Source: the human T2T-CHM13v2.0 reference genome, Homo sapiens
Length of the DNA: 64,000 bases
Reading direction: 5' to 3' (one strand)
NCBI RefSeq assembly: GCF_009914755.1
Contig: NC_060933.1
This document shows, piece by piece, positions 16,570-30,870 of the stretch. Numbering within the stretch: position 1 is the stretch's first letter; each line of letters begins with the position of its first letter. Under the pieces are notes generated by a model, which was not told the origin of the DNA, searched no databases, and was given only the letters and a program-made list of their open reading frames with translations. The position numbers and the translations under genes were made by a program.

Positions 16570-17195
16570 GTGATTCCTCAGGGATCTAGAACTAGAAATA
16601 CCATTTGACCCAGCCATCCCATTACTGGGTATATACCCAAAGGATTATAAATCATCATGCTGCTATAAAGACACACGCACATGTATGTTTACTGCAGCAC
16701 TATTCACAATAGCAAAGACTTGGAACCAACCCAAATGTCCAACAATGATAGACTGGATTAAGAAAATGTGGCACATATACACCATGGAATACTATGCAGC
16801 CATAAAAAATGATGAGTTCATGTGCTTTGTAGGGACATGGATGAAGCTGGAGACCATCATTCTCAGCAAACTATCGCAAGGACAAAAAAACCAAACACCG
16901 CATGTTCTCATTCATAGGTGGGAATTGAACAATGAGAAACATGGACACAGGAAGGGGAACATCACACAGTGGGAACTGTTGTGGGGTTGGGGGAGGGGGG
17001 AGGGATAGCATTAGGAGATATACCTAATGCTAAATGACGAGTTAATGGGTGCAGCACACCATCATGGCACATGTATACATACGTAACAAACCTGCACGTT
17101 GTGCACATGTACCCTAAAACTTAAAGTATAATAATTAAATGAATTAATTAACTTTAAAATAAAACATTTTATTAAATATGAAAAAAAAAAGAAGA
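16570..17195 (+). mobile_element. 5'-truncated young L1PA (PA3/PA4-like) 3' end
   Basis: ORF2 terminus MFTAALFTIAKTWNQPKCP; 3' UTR ATACCTAATGCTAAATGACGAG..CCCTAAAACTTAAAGTATAAT; A/T-rich tail. Confidence 0.93.
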
Positions 17196-17449
17196 AGAAT
17201 CCATGGGAAAAATAGGGAGGGGTGTAAAGTTCTCCAGGGAGTGGTGAAGCAACTGAAGATTTCTTACCATTTTTCCATGAGGATAGTTGCTGATCTGGAC
17301 CTTAATAGAGGCTGAGAATCAGGATCAGGACTTGCTAGATGGCTATTTACCAGGAACAAGAATTTATGAGAATTTGGATTCCCTGTATAAGGTTAGGATG
17401 ACAAAATACAATTAGGTTATTTTGCCCTGACTTTCAAATTCATAGTGTT

Positions 17450-19093
17450 GTAATAATAAAATATATATTCATTTGTGCCTGGCTTCCTTTGTGCAACCTA
17501 GTGTTTTAGAGATTTATTAAGTTATTTATTATATCAGCAGTTTGTTCTTTTTAATATGATTGCTCAGTGTTACTTTGTATGAATATACCACAATTTGTTT
17601 ATCTTTTCTGCTGTTGGACATTTGCATTGCTTCTAAGTGTTAGCTGTTATGAATTAAGCTCTATTAGGTTATTGTACATGTGCTTTGTGATTATATGCCC
17701 AGATTTATCTGAGTATGCACCTAGAAGAATTGCTATGTGACATAGTAGTCTATGTTTTATTTCAGTAGATAGTGTCAAAGAGTTTTCTAAAATGATTGTA
17801 AAAATGTTCCTTTCCACCAGCAAAATTCTGCGCATTTTCACTGACACTTAGTATTCATTATTTTTTACTTAAACATTCCGGTGAATGTGTAATTATAATC
17901 TTAGTTTGAATTTAATTTGCATTTTCCTGATGAATAATGATAGTAATGTAGTTGAGTTCCTTTTCATATATCTTTGGTTTGAATATGCTACTTTGTGAAT
18001 TGCCTGATCATCTCTGCCATTTTAAAATTTGGATTGTTTACCTCTTCCTGATTGTTTTGTAGGAGTGTATTATGCATTCTGGATATAAGCCTTTTACCAG
18101 ATTCTTGTATTGTAAATATTTTTTTCCAGTCTGTGGCTTGCTTATTCAATTCTTAATCATGATTTTGAGAAACAGAAGTTTTTAATTTTAATGTAATTCA
18201 GTTGAGTTTTATATTTGTTGTCATTGCTTTTCCTGTTTAAGAAACCTTTGCGTAATCCTAAGTCAGGAATATATTCTGTTTTTTTTTTTCCCCACACAAG
18301 TTTGACTGCTTTAATTTTAGATTTAGGTCTAAGATCAAATTCACATTTATATTTAAGAATAGTATGAAGTAAATCTCAAGGTTCATAATTTTTCCATATA
18401 GATAACCAAACATTCTAGTGTCACTTACAGAAAAGTCCATCCTCTTTTGCTCTAATTAGGTGACTATATTGGAGTGACTGGAAATATGTGGGTATATTTC
18501 TAGGTTTTCTTTTCTGTCCATTGGTCTATTTGTCTAACAATGCACAATTAACTCCTCAATTAATATAACTTTATCATGTCTTGAAATTTGAGAATATAAG
18601 ACCTCTAATGTTGTTCTTTGCTATTTAAGATTGTCTTCGTTTTTTGGGGGAACTTTTGTTTCTATATAAGTTTTATGATCAGCTCATCAATCTTCACCAA
18701 AAAAATTGCTGACATGTTGATTGCAACTATATTAAATTTATAGATCAATATTTAGTAATTTGGCATCTTAACAATATTGAACTTTCATAAACTTTCTAAT
18801 GTTTTAAGTATTCTTTAGTTTCTCCAAATAACATTTCAACATTTTTAGAATAAAAGTCTTGTATATCTTTTACTGCATCATTACTATGTGAATTTTTATG
18901 AAATTATTAATCATATTTTAAATTTTTATTTATAATTGTTTATTGTTGGCATATACAAACACAAATAAATTTTCTACATTAACCTTGGATCCACCCAACT
19001 TCTTTAATCCATTTTTGAATTATAATGGTCTGTAGATTATTTTGAATTTTCTACATGAAATTATATCATCTTAGAATAAAAATTTACTCTTTC
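17450..19093 (-). mobile_element. Ancient L1M (L1ME/MC-like) ORF2 3' region
   Basis: TGTGCCTGGCTTCCTTTG..GAATATACCACAATTTGTTTATC..TTTAATTTGCATTTTCCTGATGA is degenerate L1 antisense. It resumes after 19582. Confidence 0.75.
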
Positions 19094-19577
19094 TGTATTA
19101 GTACGTATTACCACAATAATACTATGTAGAAAGTTGACTTTAAACTCACTGTTCTAATAATTATTCAGATTGTGAATTTGAAAATCAGAGATTTAGGTTT
19201 GGTGGGATTTTTGTTTGTTTGGTTTGTGTTTTGTTTGTTTGTTTGTTTGTGTCTTCCTGAGTTACATTTTCTGTCTACAGTTGGCTGGCTATGCAGTGAA
19301 GCTCCATATGTCCCACATTCATTCTTCAGAATAACTTGGGCAAGTTCTCATGGTGAAAGTAGAGGTGCAAAGGTAAACAAGTCCAATTATCTAAGTATGT
19401 GCGAAGTCTCTATTTGTGTCTTGTTTACAAACAGCACGTGGCCAAAGCTATGAATCACAACATTAAGGGCTGAGTAAAATTTCCTGCCCAGACTTGGACA
19501 GTACTTGAAACTTGTATACGAAAAGAACAGATATAAAGAGGGGAGAAAGAATTTGGGCTGAAATTCAATCTGTCACA
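19094..19577 (-). mobile_element. MaLR solo LTR (MLT1G/H-like)
   Basis: TG..CA termini (TGTATTAG..TGTCACA) with a perfect 5-bp TSD CTTTC (19089-19093, 19578-19582). Confidence 0.75.
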
Positions 19578-19849
19578 CTTTCCCAACCTAATAGCTCATA
19601 TTTCTTTTTGTTTGATGAGTTAGTTCATCAGTACAATGCTGATAGGAAGACTGATAGTTAACATTTATGTCGTGTTTCTATATGTAATAGGAAGGATCTG
19701 GAGTACATTTTTGATGAATATAAAATTTTAAGTTTATGGTTTTCTTCTTTCAGCTCTTCAAGCATTTTTTCCTACTGTCTAATGAACAGTCTGTATTAAT
19801 TTTAGTTTTGTTCCTGTCTTTATAAGTTTACCTGTTCTCTCTTTCTCAA

Positions 19850-22069
19850 AATAAACTGTTAATTTTAGAGCCATTTTAGATTTACAGAAAAATTGTGAAG
19901 AGAGTACAGAGTTGCCATTACCCCCATCAATGCAGGTTTTTCCTGTTTTAACATCTTACATTAGTGTGGTAAATTTGTTACAATTAATTAGGCAATATTT
20001 ATACATTAGTATTAAATACATCCATATTCTATTCAGATTTTGTTCATAATGTTCTTTTTTGTTCCAGGATTTCATCTGAATACCAAATTACTTTTGGTCA
20101 TCATGGCTTCTTAAGCTCCTCTTGGCTGTGACACTCTCAGACAAGAATTTTGATAATCATGTTTTTATAACCTTGACAGTTTTCTAGAGTACAGTCAGGT
20201 ATTTCCCACAATGAGAGTTGTATGATGCTTTCCTATAATTAGACTGGGATGATGGGGATACATGGAGGGAAGGCACAGAAGTAAGGCATGGAGGTAAATC
20301 ATCGTGGAAAAGCTATTTTATCACAGTATGCCAAGTGTACATAACATTGTAGATGTAAACCATGATTACCTGGATGAGGTAGCAATTGCAGATTTCCTTA
20401 CTGTAAAGTTATTCTTTTTCCTCCCTTGTTATATAGCACCATTTGGAAGCAAGTCACTACGCATAATTCACAATTGAGTAATAAAGATTTATGCTTCACC
20501 TCTTTGAAGGTAGAGTATCTACATATATTATTTGACATTCATCTCTATTTGTTCAGTCATTTATTCATATCAATATGGATTCATGGATAATTACATGGGT
20601 ACTTTATACTTTGGCTTATGATACAATACCACCTTTTATTTTACTGTTCAGATGTTTCCAGCTTTGGACAATGGGAGCTCTTTCAGGTGACTCTTAGTCC
20701 CTTTGACATAATACATCATTGTGTTTAGTATGTTTGTTTCACTTTTTAAATTTTTCTTCATTTTCAAACACTGTAAGATGCCAAAAACTCATCTTGCATA
20801 TTAACTGCCCACGTCTTAGAATTAGATATTTCTCTAAGAAGCCCTGATTCCTTTTGTTGGTAGTGTCAGTCCTCCAAATTTGTTCTTCTTCATTATTAGG
20901 TTGATTATTTATTCTAGGTCTTTTATCTTCTCATATAAACTTCACAAAAAATTTTCTACTTTTTCCATTAAAGCCTTTAATATATTAATTATAGTTCATT
21001 TTAATCCCCTCTCTGATAATTTCATTGTCAACTTTATATCTGCATCTGGTTTTGATACTTTTTTTCTCTTCAGAATCTGTTCGTTCTTGCCTTTTGCCAT
21101 GTTTAAAGTCAGACATGATGTATCAGGTAATAAAAACTGAAGTACACGTTTAGTGTAAAGGTTTTTGTTAATCTGGGTGCTTTAAACTGTATTTAATATC
21201 TGATGGGCTGTGCTTAATGTGTATGCGTCTGCAGGTGTCAGAGGTTTCAAATTTCTCCAGTGACCTTATTTTTGTGTCACTGGTTGACTTGGGCTTCCCT
21301 CAGTATTCCTCCTCAAATAATCTTTGTCTCACAACTCTTTTAGCTGAAATACAATGTATTATTTTAGAGCCCTGTTTTTTTGGTGGTAAGTTGTGAAGGA
21401 GAGGAAGCATTCTGTAATATTAAAATTAAATTTTGCTATTTTATTGGGCCTGTGCTCCTGGCTCTGACCTTCACAAGTGTTTCTTAAATTCCTTCTTTCA
21501 CTGTGCATGAAACAGGAAGGCTCAAGAGGGTTGCAGTGAGAGTAAGCCCATTCCTCCAAGTAGGATAAAGCTATGGCAAAGCTTTATCTTGTGGACAGTA
21601 GGCGTTTGTAATAGAAGGATGCTGTTAGCTTATTTCTTTTTCCCTTCTTCTGCTAGAGCCACAAAAGGATCTTTTTCAGATCTTCACTATGAGGTCCTGG
21701 TAGGGTTCCTGGAGGTAAGACACACAATGTTCCACCTGCCCTTCCACTCCCCCTGCCTATTGCAGCCCCAGCAGTTTCTCATTCTTAAACTCATCTGCAA
21801 TCAGCCATCAACATTTCATCAAAATGACCAATTAAGTGTATTTATCAATTTATGGCTCCAGTGGTTTTCACTCCAGGTAAGAAGATTTGTACTGTGACTC
21901 TTGATTCACATGTCTCTACATTTTGTGGTGATAAATTTTATCCTGCAAATAATTTCTTCTCTGATGAGTCCGAGAAAACTCACTGATTTTCAGTTTGTTG
22001 AGTTTTTTCTTTGGTGTAGAGATGAGAGTCACAACTTCCAAACTCCGTGTAGGAGCTGAAGTCAGAAGT
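19850..22069 (-). mobile_element. L1MC/MD-like element, internally deleted (3' end at left, 5' terminus at right)
   Basis: TTTTAGATTTACAGAAAAATTGTGAAGAGAGTACAGAG is a 3'-end antisense motif. The element ends with GGAGCTGAAGTCAGAAGT, resembling an L1M 5' terminus. Confidence 0.6.
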
Positions 22070-23350
22070 ATTTATTGCTTTAAAGATTTTGTAGCACTGT
22101 TTTCTAGCAATTTGATTATGGCACTACTTAATGTGGTTTTCACTGTGTTTGTCCTCCTTGGCGTTTAGTAAAATTATTAAATAAGTAAGGTTGGAGTTTT
22201 ATTTAAACCTGGAAACCATAGATGTTATTTTCTTCAAAAATTTTATGCTTGTCTTCCTTTTTTCTTGTGTTCTAAAGACCCATATGTTAGACCATCTGAT
22301 ACTACATACACTTGAAGCTCTGTACAATTTTTTTCAGTCTTTTTTTCTTATTTTTGCAGTATCTATTCTAATGTTAAATGTATCCAGTAAATTTTTTATT
22401 TTTTTCACTCTAGAAGTTCTACTTTGTCCTTTTAAAATAATTTTTATTTTCCTTCATTATTTTCTTGTATAACTTTACATTTTGAGCACATTAAACATAA
22501 TATTTGTTTCAAAGTCTTTCCGTGATAATTTCATTGTTTGATTTTCTACTGGGTAAGGCTCACATATTTCCACTTCTTGTCATCATTATACCTATTTTAC
22601 GGGAATTGCAATATTTTGAATGTATGTTGCTGTGTGTTAGGTCTGTTGTCTTCCTTTAAAATGTTGGATTTTGTACAGGCATGCAGCTGTTACTTGTGGA
22701 TCAATTTGATTACTTGCAGGCTTATTTTAAAGCCTTTTGTAAGAGCTCATTTGGAATAGTTCTTACTCTGGGGATGGGTAATCCCTACTACCATACTATA
22801 GTTCTTTTCTGGTTTCTGCTGAATGTACTGAGTGATCAACAAATATTCACTCCGCCTTTCCAGAGCTCAGGTGGCTCACAGCACTATGAAAGCTGAGAAG
22901 TTTTTACCTTTCTGCTTACTAGGGGTCGTTTTACTAATCTTAAACTTCCACCTCATCCATGCATAGCTTAGTATTCAAGGGGATCCCTGTACAGATTTCT
23001 AGGGCTTGTTTCCTTAGTAATTCCCTCCCCTCTACAGCATCTCCCCAGTTTTTAGTCATTTCACCCTCCCTCAAATCTGATCCCTGTTTTCTCAACTCAA
23101 CATATCCACTGCTCTCTATTTGTCGTCCATTTAATATCATGGTTAAGTGTGGTTAAGAATTTTTCTCTAGAAATAAAGCTAGTGGGATCCTGGGGCTCAC
23201 CCTGCTTATGTGGCTTCTCTCAGTGACTACAGTCTTTTGCTGCTTGCTGTCCAAATTCTAAAAAAATTTCTGTCCTGTATTTGTTCAGCTTTTTAATTGT
23301 TTTGGTGGGAAGGTAAATTCAACCATTTTACTTCATAATGCTCACAAGCT
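22070..23350 (-). mobile_element. Ancient L1ME-like ORF1/5' region
   Basis: TAGCAATTTGATTATG..GTGGTTTTC..ATATGTTAGACC is ORF1 antisense, and TTGCTGTCCAA..GGGAAGGTAAAT resembles a 5' end. Confidence 0.55.
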
Positions 23351-25094
23351 AATTTTTACTTTATGTGCTGCCGAAGTGAACACTCCAGAAGCTAATTTTA
23401 AAATCAAACTTAAGTAAAAATAAAGGAATTATTGACCATCAGCTAAATATTTCTTTATTATATGAGGTTCTATCTTAAAAGCAATTTTCTCCCTAAGGTA
23501 AGAAATGAGATTATGAAGAACAGTAAGTGGTTGTAATCTCTTTTCTTTTTCCTTTTTTAATATGGTGTTTCAAATTTAAACAATATCTCTTCACTTTGAT
23601 ATGAAAAATAAGGACATTAGATCCTTTGCCTCATGCCCTTAGTTTATTAATTCCATTTTATATGTTTCATAACATTAACTTTGATTATATAGCCACAACT
23701 TGAGAAATTATCTTGTATCTGTTCTCTATTTAAATGGAATCACATGTCATCTACAATCATTTTATGATGGCTTTCCATTCCACTATTATTTTGACTTCTT
23801 ATTTACCTTTTAATTAGCTCAAATTTATCACTCCTGGGTTTTTGTTTTGTTTTATTGTTTATAAGAAAGATTCATGCTATATTACTCATTATTATTCATG
23901 GGGTTGTTTTTTATAGTTGAGCATCTACAACTTTATCCTCACACCAGAATGAGGTTTGAGCTGGATCACAATTGGTTGTCTTTAGAACTTGGTAAATACT
24001 GCTTTTTCTTGATGTTGTGTGTCTGATTTTACTTTTTTAAAATACTGTACTTTTTGATTTACAGATACAGTTCTTTCTTCACTATAGGAGAAATTATCAT
24101 AAGTATTTAAATGTATCTGCGATTTCATTTAATGACTTTCCTACTTCAAACGTAACTATTTTCATTAGGCTTATCTATATTCTGGATTTATCAGGTTCTT
24201 TCTGAATGGCCTAATTGATTTGCCTTCTTTATCTACATTGGTTAGAGTTATTCCAATCTTTTTCTCTATGATGAGAATTTCAGAAGTAACTAAAGTTTTG
24301 GCTGTGTTTATTTGTCAGTTTGAGATTATTGTTCTTTAGTGATTTTCTATGTTTTTGCAAGTCTGCAATCTCAATTAAATATACCTTTCAATCCTATGCT
24401 TAAAGTCGAAGCTTACTAAATTAGTCATACCAAATTATTCTACATTTTGCAGTGATTGGATATAACTCTTGATTCGTGAATATTTTCTTCAGCACTGTGT
24501 ACTTCGTCTACCTTTTTGCATACTATGCTCTTGCTATTTGTTCTTGTTTGATACTTATGAAGCACAATTGCCACACCATTTTTTTCTTATATTGCTCACT
24601 TTTGGGCAGCAGTTTTCACATTCTCTCTTCTCACTTTTTTTTTTTACATCTCTCAAGAGAGATGTAAAAACATTTCCTTGAAATAAACATTAAATTTTAG
24701 TTTGTTATTTTGTGCAGTATTTCCCCTTGTATAGCCTAATGGTGGTGGACTGTGGAAAGACTTTACCAAGAAAAGATGAGTTGAAATGTAAGCATTTATT
24801 TTTAGAATATCTTAAATCCATTCTAATTGCTTTTGTTTGTTTTGTTTATTAAAGTCCCGTACCAAGGTTTTGTTCATCTACTCTGGGGGGAAGATCCCAT
24901 AACTGTGAGAGAACATTTTCAAGCCATGGATTATTTCTGTAGCTTTGTGTGTTAAGTCTAAGACTACAGTTTTGTCAAGGAAACATAGTCCCATGGTTTA
25001 CTTCTCCCCCCTTCTCTACCTCCCTCCATCTCTCAGAACTATTCCTTTATATCATTATGTTAAACATATAAAAAGACTGTGGTTTTTTGAAAAT

Positions 25095-25280
25095 GGCACT
25101 TGATTGTGAAACAAGAGCTCTAATTTGAAGACCTGCTTTTGACACTAGCTATGTGACCTGCAGCAAATTTCGTTCTCATCTGGAAAATTTTTGCAGAGGA
25201 AGGTGGTGAGAGTAAAGTGATTTGAACAATATGATTTCCACAGTTTAATTTAGCTGTAGTGTTCCATAACTGTGAATTTC
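25095..25280 (+). mobile_element. MIR fragment
   Basis: CACTAGCTATGTGACCTG..CAAAT..TTCTCATCTGGAAAAT matches the MIR core. Confidence 0.55.
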
Positions 25281-26553
25281 TGGACCTCCTGAGTAACGGC
25301 TAAATATAAAGTTGGCTCTATAAAAACTTATGTGGGTAAAAAATTTGCAAAGAAGTAAATATAATATTCATATGTATTATCTGCATGATAGTAAATTCCT
25401 TGGTATTTATAGGTATCTGAGTACGTTCAGATACCCTGTAGCAGCCTTAACTATTGGAGCTTTTATTTATATGGATATATAGACAAAATTAAGTGAGAAG
25501 CTGAGGAATTATCTGATAATTTAGTCTCGCTAATAGTTTTACCTCAAACATAAGCAAATGGGCTTTGGAGAATATTATTTTGTAAGAAAACCACTTGAGT
25601 TTCCATGTATACACAAAGTTGATGGCTACAAATAAGCTAATAGACAATGTTTGGTTAGGATAAGGAGTAAGCCAAACTACCTCACAGCCAGATCATTTTT
25701 GCCTTGATTGACATCTGTATACCTCTTTCTTGGCATTTTGCTTCAGGTTTTAAAATGGATTTCTCTTTTTACTAGCCTACTCCTTTAGAGTGATGGACAC
25801 TATGTTGTAAATGAATCCTTTGTGCAGGTTCTTTTCAGTTACCTTGAAAACAGCTCCACATTACTTTGCATTTAGGAATAATAAAAAGAGGGATTTGGGA
25901 ACTTGCTTTTATCATGTGGTAGTGGCATCATACAATATTCCCAGCCTGATCATGCATGAGTGACTTAAGTGGAAAATTTATTATGGGGAATATTTTCCTT
26001 ACTTAAAACACTCTATTCTTACAGCGAAACAGTAAGAAAGATATGGTTCTATTTATAAACAACTGAAGCATAATATCTGCAATACATCACGTAAAGGTAT
26101 AATCACTGTCAAAGTGCCAAGGTACCATCACAGAAAGTGACTGCTGTAATTGACAGAGATGGTGATCAGGCTCCAGAACCATTTGCCGATTGCATATTCA
26201 TGATTCCACTTTGTAATATGCTACAGTTCCTCTGTGAGTTATTCTAAATGGATGTTTAAACATCACTAGACTGACACTATGTATTTTGAAATTTGCAAGT
26301 CTAATCTTTAACACCTTTCTTTCTGCTTTGTCTCAGAATGTCTAACTCATGAAATTGGAACTTAGCTAAGGGCCTGAATAGGAGGTTTGTATGTATCTGC
26401 CATTGTCACAGTACAGTCAGATAAATTCGGCTCTTTTTATGAATTCAGTCCTTAAATTCTTTTTGCAACCTTAAAGTAAACATTGGCAGTCAGTTAAAAC
26501 TAACTTCTAAATGCAATGGTTCTCTTATCAGCCCCTTTACAAGGATAATGTAA

Positions 26554-26705
26554 TTTTATTTTATTTTATTTTATTTTTTTATTTTATTTTATTTTATTTT
26601 ATTTTATTTTATTTTATTTTTGAGATGGAGTCTCGCTCTGTTGCCCAGGCTGGAGTGCAGTGGTGCGAATTCGGCTCACTGCAACCTCGCCCTCTGGGTT
26701 CAAGC
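26554..26705 (-). mobile_element. 5'-truncated Alu (about 85 bp of right arm) with a (TTTTA)n expanded tail
   Basis: (TTTTA)n at 26554-26621, then GAGATGGAGTCTCGCTCTGTTGCCCAGGCTGGAGTGCAGTGG..GGGTTCAAGC. Confidence 0.92.
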
Positions 26706-28124
26706 TACATGGCAAATTTTTTAGTCTCTCACTGAAAGATACTTACATAGCTGTGAGTAATAATTATCTTAAATATCATGTCCCTAGTAGAATCATCTCT
26801 AGTGTTTTAGTTTTAAACCCATGTGCCATGTGGTGTTTCCCCTCATTTTGACAAATTGATTTTAGAATATATTGAGAAGATCTATAAATTATCCTCAAAT
26901 AAATAGAATTTTTACTTCAAAACTTAAACATATCAGCTTTCCCATTGGAATAAAATGCAAATACTATACAGAATCAAATATAATATGTCCCAATACTGAA
27001 CTTTAGGTTTAATTTATTTTCCTCACTATGGTGAGAAAAACAGACTGTATTTATAAAGAAATTCATAAATAATACGAAAAACCACTTTAGTAGGCTGAAG
27101 TAGAGGCAAAAAGGAGATGTGGAAAGCCAATAATGCATTTCATGGCATTCAAAGGAAATGGGAATTAAGTTTTGTGTTTTTTCTAAATTAGGGTATATTC
27201 AAAAGTTCATTCATGTTACCAATTTAATGTAATACATTGCAGTTCAGGTTGGTTAATAAGTTTCAAAAGTAATATAAATTAAACACATACTTCCATTAGT
27301 TTCAAATTTTGATGTATTTCACAAGTGCTTTAAATCTCTTAAGAATATGCACATAAAAATATATTAGTTGTTTATATTTTATTAAAATATGATATAACTA
27401 TATAAAAGTATATAAATATAAAATGATATATACAAGACTATAAATCAAGAAGGCACAGCTCAGTGAATCTTCATAAAGTGCATAAAACCAATAAAACCAT
27501 AACACTATGTATTTTTAAATTAGTTTATAAAAAAATTATCTGATTCAAGAAACTAAAAATAAAGGAATATTTTAAGTAGTCTGTTTTTCCAAATTCCTTT
27601 CACTTAACTTGACAGTCAAGAAATCAGGTTAAAATTTTCTTCAGGCTAATGTTAGAGTAAAAGGATGGTACTTCTTTAGGTCATTTGTCTGTGAGAGACC
27701 TGGACTTAAACCAAGCCAATAGGCTCTTCTGTCTGGCAGTCTGGCAAAGCTGTGTTGATAGAAGCAATTACGGGTGAGTCATGTTAACCTTAATGAAACT
27801 CGAGGGATAATCCTGGAACCCAAATTATAGTTTAATTTCTACAATTACAATTAATCTTCCCAATTAGGTGGACATCTTAATGTTCATATTTTCCTCCATA
27901 GCCATATGCAGATGCTGCTTTCTCATCTTTATATGCCGTATGCACCTGAAAACTTCCATAATTATTTCAAAAGCACTGAAGTCCATCTTTTGTTAGAAAG
28001 ACTATTTCCAAATTATTTGAATCAGAAAAAGAAAAAAACATTTGGAAAAATTCATTTATAAAAGCAAGTTGATACCATTGGGAGGAAATTTCTCTTTCAT
28101 TTCCCTTCTAGGACCTATTGCTAT

Positions 28125-28440
28125 TTTTTATTCATTTATTCATCCAAGAAACTTTTATTACATATCCTTTATTTGCCTAGCATCATATCAGGTATAAACA
28201 AAATTTTAATAATGGCAGAGTATTTGATCTTATAGAGCTTATAGCCTCTGTAAAGGTGTTGTGAAGGTTTCCATTCATCCATTTATTCAACAAATAATTA
28301 CTGAATTTTTGTTATGTGCCAGGCAAATTACAGGCATTTTGAATAAGACATTGAACAAAACAGACAAAATTCTTTTTTCAGAGCTTAGATTCCAACAAAG
28401 GAGACTGATTATAAGCAAAGTATACAAATAAGTATGCAAT
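28125..28440 (-). mobile_element. L2 3'-end fragments
   Basis: ATTCATCCATTTATTCAACAAATAATTACTGA..TATGTGCCAGGCA matches the L2 terminus in antisense. Confidence 0.65.
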
Positions 28441-29191
28441 GTGATATGCTGATTATATCTTTGATTTTAATTAATTATTTCACTAGAGCCAAGCCTCTTT
28501 TAGTGTGACATTGCACAACAGTTGAATCTGAACTAGTTTTTAACTTGTTTTGGAAAATAGAATGTGATGGAAGTGACAGTGTGGTGGTTCCAAACATAGG
28601 CCTCAAGAAGTCTTGTAGAGACTGGGAAGGATTGTGGGGAGGGAGGGAAAAGTCAAGATTGTTTGTGGGTGCAAAAATATAGTTAGAAAGAATGAATAAG
28701 ATTTAGTATTTTATAGCACAACATGGTGACTATGATCAACAATAATTCAGTGTATATTTTAACATAACTAGAAGATCAGTATTGGAACGTTCTTAATACA
28801 AAAAGATAATACTTGAGGTGATGAATACTCCAATTACTGTGATGTGATTATTATATATTGTATGCCTATATCAGAACATCATATGCACTCCACGAAAGTA
28901 TACACCTACAATGTGCCCATAGAAATAAAAAATTAAATATATATATGAACTTATTCATACTAAAAAAAAAAAAGCTTTGCACATTTCTACTCTTTCTGAA
29001 TGCTACCTCTCCCATGCGAGCAAGCTGTAAGGTCATCCTTGACCACACTGTTCCCACCCAACCCATCCGCAGACCTCAGATAATATGAATTTAGCTAAGA
29101 TCACTGAGTTAATAATAATCATTATTATATGCCATTAAGGCTTTGTGATTATTTGTTATACAGAATTATTAGGGCAATATATAATGGACAC
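28440..29191 (+). mobile_element. MLT1-type MaLR LTR interrupted by an L1MA 3' end
   Basis: AATAGAATGTGATGGAAGTGACAGTGTG..TAGGCCTCAAGA before the insert, and TTTGTTATACAG..GGACACA at the terminus. Confidence 0.6.
28618..28968 (+). mobile_element. L1MA2/3-like 3' UTR fragment
   Basis: ATAGTTAGAAAGAATGAATAAGATTTAGTATTTTATAGCACAACA..A-tail. Degenerate TSD AAGAAGTCTTGTA / AAAAAGCTTTGCA. Confidence 0.8.
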
Positions 29192-29234
29192 ATATAGAAC
29201 ATAAAACAATGAAGATTTCACAGGAGAAAAAAGT

Positions 29235-30650
29235 AAATCAAAACATAACAGTCAAAACAATAATAAAGGAGAAGAATAAAGTTGGAGGACTGACACCACC
29301 CAACTTCATGGCTTACTATAAAACCTCAGTAATCAAGACAGTGTTGTATTGGCAAAAAGAAAATAGACAAATAAATCCATGGAACAGAATACAGAGCCCA
29401 GACATAAACCCACATAAATACAGATAATTAATCTTTGACAAAGGAGAAAAAGCAATGCATTGGAGAAAAGATAGTATTTTCAAAAATGGTGCCACGGGAC
29501 ATTCACATGCAAAAAAAATAATCTAGACACAGACATTATACCTTTCACAAAAATTAACTCAAAATTTATCACGGAATTCAATGTAAAACACAAAACTATA
29601 AATCTCCTATAAAATAATATAGGGGAAAATCTATATGACCTTGGGTTAGGAGATGACTCTTTAGATGTAACACCAAAGGCACAATCCATGAAAGAATTGA
29701 TAAACTTGATTTCAGTAAAATTAAAAATCTTTGCTCTGTGAAAGATAGTGTCAAGAGAATGAAAAGATAATGTATAGACTGGGAGAAAAGATTTGCAAAA
29801 GACATATCTGATAAAGGACTGTTAAGATATACAAAAAGCTCTGAAACTCAACAATAATAACATTTTTAAAATGGGCCAAAGACAAACAGATACCTCACCA
29901 AAGAAGATATACAGATGGCAAATAAGCATATAAAAGATGCTTCACATTATATGTAAGCAAGGAAATGCAAATTATAACAACAGTAGGATGCCACCACAGA
30001 CCTATTAAGATGGCCAAAATCCAGAACACTGACAACACCAACTGCTGGCAACGATGTGGAGCAACAAGAACTCTCAATAGTTGGTGAGAATGCAAAATGG
30101 TGAGCTACTTTGGAAGACAGTTTAGCAGTTTCTTCCAAAACTAAACATACTCTTATCATAGATCTAAAAATCACACTGCTTGATATTTACCCAAAGAAAT
30201 TGAAAAATTATGTCCACACGAAAACTTGCACACAGATGTTTATAGCAGCTTTATTTATAATTGCCAAAACTTAGAAGCAACCCAGATGTCCTTCAGTAGA
30301 CAAGAAGATAAATAAACTGTGTTACATCCAGACAATAGAGTATTATTCAGAGCTAAAAAGAAATGAGCTGTCAAACCATGAAAAGACATAAAGGGAATGT
30401 AAATACATATTACTAAGTGAAAGAAGCCAATTTGAAAAGCTGCATACTGTATGATTTCAACTGTATGACATTCTGGAAAAGGCAAAACTATGGAGACATT
30501 AAAAAGATCAGTGGCGTCAAGTAGTTGGGGCAGGAAAGGATGAATGGGCAGAGCACACAGGATTTTTAGGTCAGTGAAAATTCTCAGAATGATATAATGG
30601 TGGACACATGTCATTAATATATTTGTTGAAACCCATAGAATGCATAGCAT
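29235..30650 (+). mobile_element. L1MC1/2-like ORF2 3' region and partial 3' UTR
   Basis: ORF 29209 contains KNKVGGLTPPNFMAYYK. The UTR motif GGAAAAGGCAAAACTATGGAGACA..CAGAGCACACAGGATTTTTAGG is present. Confidence 0.85.
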
Positions 30651-30870
30651 TTTCTCCACAGAGGTGAGACTTTGATTATATTTTTAAAAATAATTACATA
30701 TTCTTCATGCAAATATATGTTTGAACCATGCTGAGGGAAAGCATTACAAACTCAGCTAGGAATACAACATAGAACATTCAATGGGTTATTAATTATTCTG
30801 TAGGTTTGAAGTATGCAATTCTGAGGATAGATTGAGAATGGAGGAAATAACAGAACTTAACCTTGGAGTA

